Positions 29,019 to 39,397 of a stretch of DNA of 64,000 bases are shown piece by piece; position 1 is the first letter of the stretch, and the number at the start of each line of letters is the position of its first letter. This stretch comes from Candidatus Latescibacterota bacterium (lineage in GTDB: Bacteria > Latescibacterota > UBA2968 > UBA8231): NCBI GenBank assembly GCA_965248265.1, contig CBDFJF010000002.1, positions 3,680,001-3,744,000 on the forward strand. Direction: 5' to 3'. Under the pieces are notes generated by a model. That model saw only the letters and a list, made by a program, of their open reading frames with translations. It ran no database searches and was not told the DNA's origin. Position numbers and translations under genes: made by a program.

Positions 29019-29852
29019 TTAACCTCCGCGACTGTCGAATGGCCACAACTGTAAGGCCGTCTTGCCCAGAACCCACTCCATGTCCTCGTCTGTGATGAAC
29101 CTCATCTCGTCCCTGACCGATGGCAGAGGCTTGTCATACTCCGTGTCTGACAAGCACACGGGCCAGTCAGTCCCCCACATGATACGCCTGGGACCAAAGG
29201 CTTGATAGGTCTGCTCCACCGCGAGGTGGGTGTCCTTCCAGGGATACCGTTCTGCGGACACCGTCCACGTATGGCTGATTTTGACATAGACACGTGGATA
29301 GCGTGCCAGGCCCAGCAACCGACTAATGCTCTCCGGTCCGGCAGCGGGCACGTGCGCGTGCGCCATGTGGTCGATGACAACGTCCAGATCCGGATGTCGA
29401 TCCAGCAGCGGGACGAGGTCGTCCAGCCGGGGCGGTGTCGTCAGCAACAGCAACGGCACCCCCAGCTCCTGTGCCCGAGCGAAGAGCGGATCCATCAATG
29501 GCCCGGCGAACCAATCGCCCGGAGTGCCTTCAGCAGGGCTCAGGCGGACACCGTGGAGGCCCTGCTCCGTCCACTCACTCAGATGATCCGGAGCCTCTGG
29601 GTCCTCCGGGTTAACGCGGCCTGCCGCCATAAACTTGTCCGGGTACTTGCCCGCCGAGTGTAGGGCGTAGCTGTTGTCCCACAGGTAATGTATCGGGTGA
29701 ACGAGGACTGTCTTGTCGACACCGTTTGCTGCCATTAACTGTAGCAACATCTCGGCCGTGCGGTCTTCGGGGAAAGGGGCGGTCTGACCATCCGGCCACG
29801 GAAACTCCGGATCGTTTATCCAGACATGCGTGTGCGAATCAACTATGGTCAC
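29019..29852 (-). CDS. Amidohydrolase-2 family protein (sugar lactonase-like)
   Basis: VDSHTHVW, GVRL, VIDHMA, VYVKIS, RIMWGTDWP. Confidence 0.85.
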   Translation of the reverse strand: MTIVDSHTHVWINDPEFPWPDGQTAPFPEDRTAEMLLQLMAANGVDKTVLVHPIHYLWDNSYALHSAGKYPDKFMAAGRVNPEDPEAPDHLSEWTEQGLHGVRLSPAEGTPGDWFAGPLMDPLFARAQELGVPLLLLTTPPRLDDLVPLLDRHPDLDVVIDHMAHAHVPAAGPESISRLLGLARYPRVYVKISHTWTVSAERYPWKDTHLAVEQTYQAFGPRRIMWGTDWPVCLSDTEYDKPLPSVRDEMRFITDEDMEWVLGKTALQLWPFDSRGG

Positions 29853-29879
29853 TTCTCGCCCCTCCTATCGGCAACGGAC

Positions 29880-31739
29880 TCAACGAAAATCACGGATGAA
29901 CTTTGATGCGTACGAGCGTACGTAGCGTCCGTTGAGCACATGGAACCTTCGCAAGCGATCGACGGCTGCCGGCGAAAAGCGTTTGAGGGGAACGTACACG
30001 AGTTGACGCTTGAACTGACGCGCCAAACGCCGCCAGCGTTGTGATGGGGCCTGCGGCGCCACCAACACAACCCGCTTCTCACGGGAATGCAGCAACGCTC
30101 CCATCAACAGTTTCTCCTCATACGAACGCGCGCCGTTCAGGCGTGGATCTCGCCAAACATCGGGGATCTGGCGTGGGGGAAACAGAAAGAAGCACCCCCC
30201 GTACAGAGCCTGCCCCACACCGGGACCGACCATCCTTTGAGTGAAGTCCGTGGCGAAAAAGCACAGGGTCGATTCCTCCTCATGCTCGGCATACCATGTG
30301 CTGCACCACGGATATCGATGGGTGTCAACGGGCTGCTCGAAGAGAAAGACAACGATCTCGATGGAGCCGCGGGAAGGCGGTAACTCCTGGACGAAGATCT
30401 CACCGGTGTGCCAGTTCCTGAGGGTTTCGCGTAAATCCAGGCCATCCTTTAGCGAGGCCGAAAAGCGCTCGACCTTGGGTTGATGGTCACCCGTGATCTG
30501 CAGGGCCACATCTCGCACCTGGCGCTGGAATGCCTCTATGCGCTGATCTTCAGGGGGGTATGAGCAATGCCCTGCGGGATCCCAATCAAGACGCCACTGC
30601 TGTCGCTGCGGTTCGGGCGGTGTCGGCTTGAAAGCCAGATTGCGCCAGATCTTGGGGATCCCCTGCAATCGGTTCTTGCACACCACCGCGCGACCTTCAC
30701 CGTCCAACAGCTTCCCGGGGCCGAACTGGATGAGTTCGTCATCCTCCGGACCGGATTCGACCAGTCTCTGGGGCGGATACTCCCGGGATTTCTCGATGAG
30801 GGCAAGCGCGAAGTCATCACCAACAACCTGCTTCGCGGCAAGAACCAGATTATACAGATCGGGGGTCAACCTGAGATCACTGAGTGTGAGGTTGCGGACG
30901 TACTTCAGCAACACCGACAACCGGTTCGGGGTCAGCCAATGCTGCTCTCCCAGCTCCTGCTCCCGTGCCCACTGGTCACGGGCCTCCAACAGCAGGGCTT
31001 TGACGCCATCCAACGAGAGCGTCTGGTCCGTCAGCAGCTCAGCCCTCCGGTGTTCGTAGAGGAAGGTGATGTAGGGCAACTCCCCCAGCAAGAAGAACAG
31101 GCTGTCTTCATCAACCCGAGCACACCGGGGCAATTCGGCACGGGCGTGCGGTCGATACAACGATCGCTGCCGGTAGGCCTTCCTGATCCAGGGCCAGTCA
31201 GCGACGGCACAGACGAAAACGACGTGCTCGTACTCCAGCTCAAGGCAGTGAAGTTCGTAAGCCATTCGGGCGATGCGTGCAGCCCGTTGGCCGTTCTCGG
31301 GAGGCGCCGGAAGTGCCGGAATCACCGCTGCGAGAAATCGCTCTAGCCGAACTTCCTTGAGCGCGTACGGATCGGGGAGGGTAAGGTGATGTGACTCAAA
31401 CACCTCTACCTCCAGGTCGACATAGGCTCGATCGACCTGTTGGTGCATGGCCTCGCGAATGACCGCGATCAGGCCCTGGCACGGATCGACAGGGACGTAG
31501 TTACATGCTTCCTCACCGTCGGGTGAGACCTCGCCCTGGATGACGGCCGTGATCTGCGGCAAAGCGCAAATCCCCTCTTCCACGGGGGCCTCGAAGGATG
31601 GAGGCAATGCCACGGCCAGACAATCGAACGCCATGCTCTGAAGCCGACGACGGACGTCGAGGGCGAAATCAGCACTCCCGTAGAGAATCGGGAGCATGGT
31701 CAGCTTGGAGCTGAGATCAAGAACGTCGTTCACCATCAC
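29880..31739 (-). CDS. Uncharacterised 619-aa partner of MoxR ATPase
   Basis: Long ORF co-oriented downstream of the AAA gene; CLAVALP, RIARMA, GLDLRETLRNWH motifs. Confidence 0.7.
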   Translation of the reverse strand: MMVNDVLDLSSKLTMLPILYGSADFALDVRRRLQSMAFDCLAVALPPSFEAPVEEGICALPQITAVIQGEVSPDGEEACNYVPVDPCQGLIAVIREAMHQQVDRAYVDLEVEVFESHHLTLPDPYALKEVRLERFLAAVIPALPAPPENGQRAARIARMAYELHCLELEYEHVVFVCAVADWPWIRKAYRQRSLYRPHARAELPRCARVDEDSLFFLLGELPYITFLYEHRRAELLTDQTLSLDGVKALLLEARDQWAREQELGEQHWLTPNRLSVLLKYVRNLTLSDLRLTPDLYNLVLAAKQVVGDDFALALIEKSREYPPQRLVESGPEDDELIQFGPGKLLDGEGRAVVCKNRLQGIPKIWRNLAFKPTPPEPQRQQWRLDWDPAGHCSYPPEDQRIEAFQRQVRDVALQITGDHQPKVERFSASLKDGLDLRETLRNWHTGEIFVQELPPSRGSIEIVVFLFEQPVDTHRYPWCSTWYAEHEEESTLCFFATDFTQRMVGPGVGQALYGGCFFLFPPRQIPDVWRDPRLNGARSYEEKLLMGALLHSREKRVVLVAPQAPSQRWRRLARQFKRQLVYVPLKRFSPAAVDRLRRFHVLNGRYVRSYASKFIRDFR

Positions 31740-31797
31740 CTCGAACCGGGTTGCCCTTCCCTATGCCCTATCATGGGAGTAGGCTTGTGAAATGAGG

Positions 31798-32766
31798 CTA
31801 GCTCAGATTGCCATCATCATCTTCATCACCAGGCCGCAGCGGATCGTCTTCCTTGAAGAAGAATCCCTCGAGGTCCAACCCGGTCAGCGACTGTTCCTCT
31901 CCGAGGGCTTGCCTGCGTTCGAGCGCGATCCTGTCCAGGTCCAGGGCCTCGTCTCCGACGACGAGTTCGAGGGCCTCTCGCCAGCAGGCATCCAGCGCTA
32001 CCGGATGACCTTGCTGCTGCGCCAGGCGTTTCAACGCGAAGCGGACGATGTTGATACCATCGCGTGGCGAATATTCCAGGTCCAGTTCGTGCGCTCGCTG
32101 CAAGAAGTCAACTGTCAGTGTCAGCAGCTCGTCTTCGGCGAAGGGCAGATGGTAACGCAAAATCTCCATCTCCTCCTGACGCTCGGGGAATCCGATCTCC
32201 AGCGTCGGCTGCAGACGTGAGAGGATATACTCCGGGACCTCGTAGGTGGATTCATCGTCATTCATGGTCACGCAGGAGCGAAAACCGGCGCCGGCCGGAA
32301 TCGTGATGCCGGCGACCACCGATTCCACATAGCGACGATGATCGAGCAACGGAGCCAGTGATGCCCAGCTCTTCTCACTCATGCGGTTGCCTTCATCCAG
32401 CACGCAAACACCATCCGTCAGCATCGCCGAAACCAATGGCGAGGCATGGTAGCTGATGCGGCCAGCCTCCGATAACACCGGCGTAACCAGCAGGTCTTCG
32501 GGACGCGTATCACTGGTGCATTGATAAATGTACAATGGCTGACCTCGCTCCAGGGCCGCGGCCATGGCGAGCGTGGTCTTGCCGATTCCCGGTGGCCCCA
32601 CAAGGCGCGGAGACAGGGGTAGATCCGTACTGTCAAGAACAAGCCAACAGGCCTGCAGACTGCGCAGTGTTTCCTGTTGGCCAATCCATTTCTGTTGGGA
32701 GCGGATTGGCGAGGTCAACTGCAGTGAGACCCCCGCGACTTCGATACGTACCGGTACATCACCCAT
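31798..32766 (-). CDS. MoxR-like AAA+ ATPase
   Basis: Walker A GPPGIGKT, Walker B VLDEGNR, TMN sensor, SRL. Confidence 0.88.
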   Translation of the reverse strand: MGDVPVRIEVAGVSLQLTSPIRSQQKWIGQQETLRSLQACWLVLDSTDLPLSPRLVGPPGIGKTTLAMAAALERGQPLYIYQCTSDTRPEDLLVTPVLSEAGRISYHASPLVSAMLTDGVCVLDEGNRMSEKSWASLAPLLDHRRYVESVVAGITIPAGAGFRSCVTMNDDESTYEVPEYILSRLQPTLEIGFPERQEEMEILRYHLPFAEDELLTLTVDFLQRAHELDLEYSPRDGINIVRFALKRLAQQQGHPVALDACWREALELVVGDEALDLDRIALERRQALGEEQSLTGLDLEGFFFKEDDPLRPGDEDDDGNLS

Positions 32767-33008
32767 GTCGATTCCCTTCGAATCTGCTCTTAATTCCTTC
32801 TAACCCTTGCTGCAATCTCCCAGCGACAATATCTTCGCGCCCGCTTTGCCCGCCGACGAGCGTGTAGGCGATGAAGTGTTCATGAAAGCGCCCAGTCCCC
32901 GGCCTGGTAGGCGCGCGAACTGTTGGTGGAATACGCCGATGGAGCGCGACGCAGCAGAACAGGATTTGTCGGCGACCGAACACGAAATACCTTTCCGTAG
33001 GGGCACTA

Positions 33009-34164
33009 GTGCTCTGTTAAAGAGTGGGCATTGAGTTTTGGACTTTGGCCAGCTTGGCGTTGTCGGTGTTCTTGTTTCGCCACCTCAGGTACTCCTGCAT
33101 GCGCTGGCCGACTTCTCGATGATCGTTGGGATCGCTGTTTTTGATGACGAAGTAATGGGCTGCCGTGAGGTGACATTCGAGCCGATTCATCCATGACGCG
33201 TTGGTGGCGGTGAAGACCGGCGAGACCCGGTTTCGTCGGCACCACTGCAAGATCGGCGGTGTCTTGTGCGTCGACAGATTATCCATGACGACATAGATCC
33301 GCTTCGCCGTGCGATAGCGGAGCCGAATGGCCTTGAGGAAATCGAGTACGACCGACGCGTGTTTCTTGGGTTTGTGATGCATCCACAGGATGTCCTCATG
33401 GACGTTATAGGCTCCAAAGAAATAGCTGACGCCGCCGTGGCGGCTATAGGTTGCCCGATGCCGGACCGGGCGCTTGTGTGGGGCCCAGGAAGCACCGGCA
33501 TGCGGCTTGATCTGGACTGGTCCCAGTTCGTCGAAACAGACTACGACCGTGTCTTTCGGCGCCCGCTTGTAGAGTCGGTTGATGCGTTTTTTTTAGAGAC
33601 AAACTCCGGGTCCTTTGATTCTTTCCAAGTGCGCGTGCGTTGATAGGTAACCTTATGTTGATCCAAGATTTTTCCGATGGTCACATGCGAAACCTCGGGA
33701 ATCATCTGCCGTCCCACCAGGCAGTCAGTCAGCTTGCGCAACGACCACTGGTTGAACGGCTGGCCGAACGCGCGAGGAGGCATCGTGGCAATTTCCACCA
33801 CCACGGATTCGTCTTCCGGCGTCAACTTCGAAGGACGCCCCGGACGTGCCCGAGTGCGCAAAACCGTCAATCCCCCTTCGTTGTACTGGCGGATCAACTG
33901 GCGAACGTACTCCTCATGCAGATGCAGTGTATCCGAGATCTCCTGGACGCGCATGCCCTGGGCGCTGAACGAGATCAACTGCCCACGGCGCATCTGCACG
34001 GCGTTGCGAGGCCGTTTCAGCCACCGTCCCAGTTCCTTAGACTCCGCCGCGTTCGGCGAACGAGCATGGAGACACATAGCATGACCCTCCTGAAGGATTC
34101 ACCATATGTATCCATGATACCACGACTTACGACAAAGTACAAGCTCGATTTCTTAACAGAGCAC
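33009..34164 (-). mobile_element. IS630-family insertion sequence, 1156 bp
   Basis: Terminal IRs GTGCTCTGTTAA / TTAACAGAGCAC flanked by duplicated TA (33007-8, 34165-6) within CTAG. Confidence 0.93.
33017..34077 (-). CDS. IS630 transposase, two ORFs joined by a -1 frameshift at an A8 run (33587-33594)
   Basis: ORF A HTH (RPGRPSK, WSLRKL); -1 frame KRINRLY...VCFDELG...VVMDNLSTHK...SWMNRLE (DDE); stop lies inside the IR. Confidence 0.9.
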
Positions 34165-34269
34165 TAGCTTATGGCTTTTTCAAAGGATACTCAAGCAAGC
34201 GTGCCCATGCTCACAGTCCGATTTCACGTCTCCTAAAACAGCACCATTAACAAGACCTGAGACCAAGTC

Positions 34270-35835
34270 ATGCTCGATCTGATTCTGAAGAACGGTACCG
34301 TGATCGATGGGACTGGCAGTGCGCGCATCCGTGCTGATGTCGCCATTGCCAAGGATCGTATCGAGGTCGTCGGCGACACCTCCCAACTCGAGGCCAGAGT
34401 CACCATCGATGTCTCGGGAAGGATGGTCGCCCCCGGATTCATCGACGTCCACAATCACACAGACGCCTGGTTGTTAAAGACACCACACCTGACAGCCAAA
34501 ACCATGCAGGGCTTCACGACAGAGGTCATCATGTCAGACGGGATCTCTTACGCTCCCGTCAGTCAGACGACGGTCCCGGAGTGGATCTACTACCTACGCT
34601 CGCTCAATGGGTTACAGCCTGAAGAGTATAAGGGTTGGCAGACGATCGCCGAATACATGGCTTGTATGGATCGGCGCAATGCGCAGAACGCGATCGCACA
34701 GATTCCCTACGCCAATGTACGCAGCATCCCCTGCGGTTTCAGCTCCCGGCGTCCCGATGACGATCAGATGGCGCACATCGTCGCACTCGTGGAGGAAAGC
34801 ATGAAAGAGGGTGCGGTTGGCATGTCCACGGGCCTCGACTACATCGCTCAATGCTTTTCCTCAACCGACGAACTCGTGGAGGCATGCGCGTCCATGTCAG
34901 CTTTCGGCGGGATCTACGCAACCCATCTGCGCTACAAGAAGGGTATCCTACCGGCATTGCGGGAAGCGGTAGAGATCGGACGTCGAGCCCAGGTCCCCGT
35001 CCATATATCACACATGAAGACTCCGGACCCAGCCACGAATGACAAGGTACTCGAATACGTCGACAAAACTGCGCGCAGCGAAGTGGATTTCTCCTTCGAC
35101 GTCTACCCCTACCTACCGGGGTCAACCATGCTGACGATCTCGCTTCCTCATGCAGTATGGGAGGATGGCCCGCTGGGCGTAATTCCACGGCTGAGGGACT
35201 CAGAGGTACGCAAGGCGTTCCAGCGCAATATCTGCATGCGAAACCTCGATAAACTTCAGATCGCGTGGCTGCCGAGCGTCGAGCACGCTCACTACATCGG
35301 CAAACCACTGACACAGTACATCGCCGATACGGGCAAGTCGATCGGTGATGCTCTGTGTGATCTGCTGATCCATGAAAATCTTGCCGTTCTCCTCGTTTTC
35401 ATGCACGGCGATGACACCCTCACCCATCCGATGCTCTCACACGACTGCTACATGATGGGAACGGACGGCATCCTCATGCCCGGCAACAGTACAGTGCATC
35501 CGCGCATGTACGGATCGTCGGCACGGCTTTTGGGGCCCTGCGTACGGAATCATCGGTTGTTCAGCCTGGAGCAGGCGGTCAGGAAACTCAGCGGTTATCC
35601 TGCCGAACGCTTCGGCCTGACGAAGCGAGGCGAGATCAAAGAAGGCTGCTTCGCTGATCTGGTTGTCTTCGATGCGGACACGGTTCAGGACACAGCCACC
35701 TACGAGGACCCCCATCAGTTCCCACTGGGAATCGACCATGTATTCGTGAATGGGGTCTGCGTGGTCAGCGATGGCAGCCCGGTTGAGGACCTTCCGGATC
35801 CGTTACCCGGACGCGCGCTGCGCTTCAAGGAATAG
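34270..35835 (+). CDS. N-acyl-D-amino-acid deacylase (D-aminoacylase family)
   Basis: NGTVIDGTG, APGFIDVHNH, GMSTGLDY, YATHLR, HISHMK, MGTDG, HPRMYG, ADLVVFD. Confidence 0.9.
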   Translation: MLDLILKNGTVIDGTGSARIRADVAIAKDRIEVVGDTSQLEARVTIDVSGRMVAPGFIDVHNHTDAWLLKTPHLTAKTMQGFTTEVIMSDGISYAPVSQTTVPEWIYYLRSLNGLQPEEYKGWQTIAEYMACMDRRNAQNAIAQIPYANVRSIPCGFSSRRPDDDQMAHIVALVEESMKEGAVGMSTGLDYIAQCFSSTDELVEACASMSAFGGIYATHLRYKKGILPALREAVEIGRRAQVPVHISHMKTPDPATNDKVLEYVDKTARSEVDFSFDVYPYLPGSTMLTISLPHAVWEDGPLGVIPRLRDSEVRKAFQRNICMRNLDKLQIAWLPSVEHAHYIGKPLTQYIADTGKSIGDALCDLLIHENLAVLLVFMHGDDTLTHPMLSHDCYMMGTDGILMPGNSTVHPRMYGSSARLLGPCVRNHRLFSLEQAVRKLSGYPAERFGLTKRGEIKEGCFADLVVFDADTVQDTATYEDPHQFPLGIDHVFVNGVCVVSDGSPVEDLPDPLPGRALRFKE

Positions 35836-37045
35836 GCACAGGGACGCTGATCACACCCTGCGAACGCAAGGCGGAAATGGCCTCGGTATCGAGACCGAGC
35901 AGCGTCCTGAGGATATCATCAGTATGCTGGCCGAGACCGGGAGCCGGACGAGGGGATGTCCTCGGCGTTTCTGAAAAACGCAGCGGCGACGCCGGCATGG
36001 CAAGTTCGCCTGCCCCGGGCTGCTCAAGCCGCGCGATCATCTCTCGCGAGGCGATGTGTGGGTCGGCCATTACCTGGGCGATGTCCTGGATCGGGCCGCA
36101 TGGGACCCCTGCTTCGGTCAAGTCCTGCAACCAGTCGTCGACAGTACGGTGAGAGAACGCCTGGTTCAGCAGATCTTCCAGGTCCGACCGGTTTTCCGTG
36201 CGCAGTGAATTGTTGAGAAAACGGGAATCCTCTGCCAACTCCTCCACCCCCAGACGGCGACACAGCTGCCCGAACAGATTGTCGTTACCGGCCGCGACGA
36301 CGATGTAACCATCTGCTGCCTCGAAGAACTGGAAGGGCGTAATGGCCGGGTGCCGTGAGCCCAGGGGGGCTGGCACCTCGCCAGTGACGTCATACCGTGC
36401 CACCGCGTTTTCCAGCAATGCCACCTGGGTATCCAGCATCGAGATATCCAGATGCTGCCCCAGTCCGCCCTGGGCAGCGGCACGCAGAGCCGCCAGGATC
36501 CCGATCACGCCGTAGAGGGCAGCGCCCAGATCTGATATCGACGTGCCCACACGCACGGGGGGCGACTGGGGACTCCCGGTGATACTGGCCAAGCCGCTCA
36601 TCGCCTGAATGATGACGTCGTAGGCCGGCCGCTGAGCGTAGGGACCCGTCTGTCCGAAACCTGAAATCGACACGTACACGAGTCCCGGGTACGACGTGTG
36701 CAGGGTCTGGTAATCCAGCCCAAAGCGGGCCATGGTTCCGGGGCGGAAGTTCTCGATCAGGACATCACACTGGCCCGCCAGATCGCGAGCCAGATCGCGA
36801 CCCGCCTCTGTGCGCAGATCGATGCCCACACTTCGCTTGCCTCGATTAATGCTGGTGAAATAGGCGCTCTGGCCATTGACGAACGGGCCGAACCCACGGG
36901 CCTCATCCCCGGTTCGCGGCTCCTCCACCTTGATCACCTCGGCGCCCAGATCGGCCATGATCATGGAGGCGAACGGCCCCGCAAGAACGCGGGTGAAGTC
37001 GATGACGCGCACGTCGCTGAGGATTTCCGTACCGATGCCAGTCAC
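35825..37045 (-). CDS. CaiB/BaiF class III CoA-transferase
   Basis: VIDFTRVLAGP, LGAEVIKVE, NRGKRS, IENFRPG, GFGQTGP, AYDVIIQA, APGLGQHT; GTG start overlapping upstream stop. Confidence 0.92.
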   Translation of the reverse strand: MTGIGTEILSDVRVIDFTRVLAGPFASMIMADLGAEVIKVEEPRTGDEARGFGPFVNGQSAYFTSINRGKRSVGIDLRTEAGRDLARDLAGQCDVLIENFRPGTMARFGLDYQTLHTSYPGLVYVSISGFGQTGPYAQRPAYDVIIQAMSGLASITGSPQSPPVRVGTSISDLGAALYGVIGILAALRAAAQGGLGQHLDISMLDTQVALLENAVARYDVTGEVPAPLGSRHPAITPFQFFEAADGYIVVAAGNDNLFGQLCRRLGVEELAEDSRFLNNSLRTENRSDLEDLLNQAFSHRTVDDWLQDLTEAGVPCGPIQDIAQVMADPHIASREMIARLEQPGAGELAMPASPLRFSETPRTSPRPAPGLGQHTDDILRTLLGLDTEAISALRSQGVISVPVPIP

Positions 37046-38832
37046 TTGTCTATCTCTCTGCCAGGGGACGTGAGCAAGCAAGCTCCTGCACCGGGTGAAA
37101 CCACGGATCGCGATAGTGCTGCTTTCAGACCCAGCTCCTGTTCCATGAACTCTTGTAAACGTGATCCATACTTGCCGGTAACGAAGTCCTCATGGATTAG
37201 ACCCCCGACCTGTCCTCCCCAACCAGCACCCAACCGCTGTATGGCGCCGACTTCCCGACCACCATGCTCCAGCAGGAATTCGTTGATGGCGACGCACACC
37301 CTGTCATATTCCGGCGTCATCCTGCCATATCCCCCGGGCAGGTTCGCGAGGGCCCGTGACCCCGCACCAGATCCAGTCTCAGCGCTGGCGCGTGCAACTT
37401 CAACCAGCATGCCATCGCTGACCTCCAGATCGCGATCACCGGCATGCGAGCGCCTGACAAGTTCGAAAACGCTTTCCATGTCGGGCTGCTGCAGCAGATC
37501 GAACACAGCATGGGCACGTTCCTGCTCCGTGAGACCGAATACGAAGCGCCGGCGCAGGAATATGGGATAGTCCCTGGTGATCTTCGTGAACCGACCGGTG
37601 ATTTCGTCACGCTCGAAGGCATCGTAGCGATCCGCGATACCAGCAGACGTGCAGAGTTGCCTCACCTGGTCCAGGGTGATCTCGCAAGGGATCATCCGTA
37701 TCAACTCACACAACTGGGCCGTGTCGATGCCTAGGTTTTCTGCGTTGACATCCCTGATGAGCTCAATCCGCTCCGTGCAGTCGGGGTGCAGGCTCTCCCA
37801 TCCAGGACGGCCAAGAACCTCCGGCAACACCAGGTGCTTGACCATAAAGGTGCCCAGCTCATAAGCGATGACGGTCTCTTCCTTCCGGACCTCGTCACTC
37901 ACCCTCGGCACCCCACTGTCGAAGGCGACAGCCCTGTAGCCGGTTGGAATCGACGCCCATCCCTGAGCGCTGGCGGGTAGGACACCCACCTTGACCAGGT
38001 CCCCCACCCGTCCCAGGATCATGCCGCCGTGGTCGGCGGTACCGCCACGGGTGCCGCGGATCCATTCCGAGCTACCAACCCCATCAATCAGATCGCGCTG
38101 GCTGATATCGATGCCCGGCTCCAACCCGTTTGCCCCCAGCGCCGCGTACGCCGTGGAAATCACCAGCGCCGAAGAGGAACTCATCCCTCCCGCTGGAGAG
38201 ACATTGCTCCATACGAACGCATCGAATCCTGACAACGGCGTGGGGCCACCGCGCAGGTAGCCTTCCAGGAACACCAGCTGTCCCTCGGGCAATACTTGCC
38301 AATCGTCATCAACAGCCCGGCCAGTGGACTGCTCGCGCTCGTCGCACAAGCGCCCGGCGTAGTCCATGATTCCTTCGCGCGTACCGACGTTGACACCGGC
38401 TGGCACAAGCTCCGACAGCTCCCATTCTGCCGGGTGAAAGTCAACACGTGGTTCGCCTGGAACCTGCAACACGCTTGTGATGCGCACACGATCACGACTG
38501 GATGCGACACCGGCTACCGTGATCGTATCGGCACCCCGCACGGCCATGCGCAGCGAGGATATGCCACCGTAGTCGACATGCATGCCCATCACATTCATCT
38601 GACTCGGACAGCGGGCGATGACGACCTCTCGATCTGCGCCGAAGTGTCGACTGAATTCCTCCAGGGCCTCACTGTAGTGTTGCCGCCACGCCTTGGCCTG
38701 GTCTTGCCCGTAGAAGGAGGCGATTTGTGCCGATGATGCCGAACCATCGGCCGCAAGGGCATGAAGCCAGTTCTTCAGTGGCGCGACATGGTTTGGCGAA
38801 ACAGGCATATCAGAGGAATCTTCAGAGCTCAA
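37042..38832 (-). CDS. Divergent GHMP kinase (galactokinase-like)
   Basis: PSQMNVMGMHVDY, SPAGGMSSSSA (ATP loop), GGTADH, RLGAGWGG. Confidence 0.75.
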   Translation of the reverse strand: MSSEDSSDMPVSPNHVAPLKNWLHALAADGSASSAQIASFYGQDQAKAWRQHYSEALEEFSRHFGADREVVIARCPSQMNVMGMHVDYGGISSLRMAVRGADTITVAGVASSRDRVRITSVLQVPGEPRVDFHPAEWELSELVPAGVNVGTREGIMDYAGRLCDEREQSTGRAVDDDWQVLPEGQLVFLEGYLRGGPTPLSGFDAFVWSNVSPAGGMSSSSALVISTAYAALGANGLEPGIDISQRDLIDGVGSSEWIRGTRGGTADHGGMILGRVGDLVKVGVLPASAQGWASIPTGYRAVAFDSGVPRVSDEVRKEETVIAYELGTFMVKHLVLPEVLGRPGWESLHPDCTERIELIRDVNAENLGIDTAQLCELIRMIPCEITLDQVRQLCTSAGIADRYDAFERDEITGRFTKITRDYPIFLRRRFVFGLTEQERAHAVFDLLQQPDMESVFELVRRSHAGDRDLEVSDGMLVEVARASAETGSGAGSRALANLPGGYGRMTPEYDRVCVAINEFLLEHGGREVGAIQRLGAGWGGQVGGLIHEDFVTGKYGSRLQEFMEQELGLKAALSRSVVSPGAGACLLTSPGREIDK

Positions 38833-38847
38833 TCGTCAACCTCAGCC

Positions 38848-39372
38848 CTATGCGTTTGCAGCCGAAAGCTCGGCCACGTCATATTCAGTGCCGTCAATGG
38901 TGACGATTCCCCCCGCGGCGGGAGGAACCACAGATGGGTCGAGTGTCATGGCGACGAGAACCTCGCCCTCATTGGCGCCACTGAGCGTCAGCGTACCATC
39001 GATGGTCCAATGGGTCTCCAATATCTCGATCACGATCACTCCGGTCATGGCGGTTTGGCCATCCGGGGAATATTCCTCAAACGTCATCGTCGTGCCCTCG
39101 ACGACGACCCGGCCGCCGCCGCCGCCCTCGAGCTCTCCTCCCCCAAAAAGGAGCATGGGGACAACGTCGGACATGGCCTGGTTGAGCTCGCTGAAAAAGA
39201 CCTTGGCCGCATCATCTTCCGAATTCGAGGGTTCGCCCTCATCCCCGACAACCGGTTGCTCGTCGTCCTGAGGTCCGGTCGGTGACGAAGTGTTGTCATC
39301 GTTGCAGGCTGCAACCACCAGAGTGGCCACGAGCAGAATTACCATTGTGCAACAATGGTATGTCATGTTCAT
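38848..39372 (-). CDS. Hypothetical acidic lipoprotein
   Basis: Hydrophobic signal with VAAC lipobox, acidic linker, beta-rich domain. Confidence 0.65.
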   Translation of the reverse strand: MNMTYHCCTMVILLVATLVVAACNDDNTSSPTGPQDDEQPVVGDEGEPSNSEDDAAKVFFSELNQAMSDVVPMLLFGGGELEGGGGGRVVVEGTTMTFEEYSPDGQTAMTGVIVIEILETHWTIDGTLTLSGANEGEVLVAMTLDPSVVPPAAGGIVTIDGTEYDVAELSAANA

Positions 39373-39397
39373 TCCAATCCCCTTCTCATGCGGGGCT

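Noticed and set aside
32807-33034. 75-aa ORF running into the IS630 end, as a possible disrupted gene
   Set aside because: Rejoining the flanks across the empty site gives no convincing protein; the insertion looks intergenic.
36698-37570. 290-aa + strand ORF
   Set aside because: Antisense to the CaiB and GHMP kinase genes.
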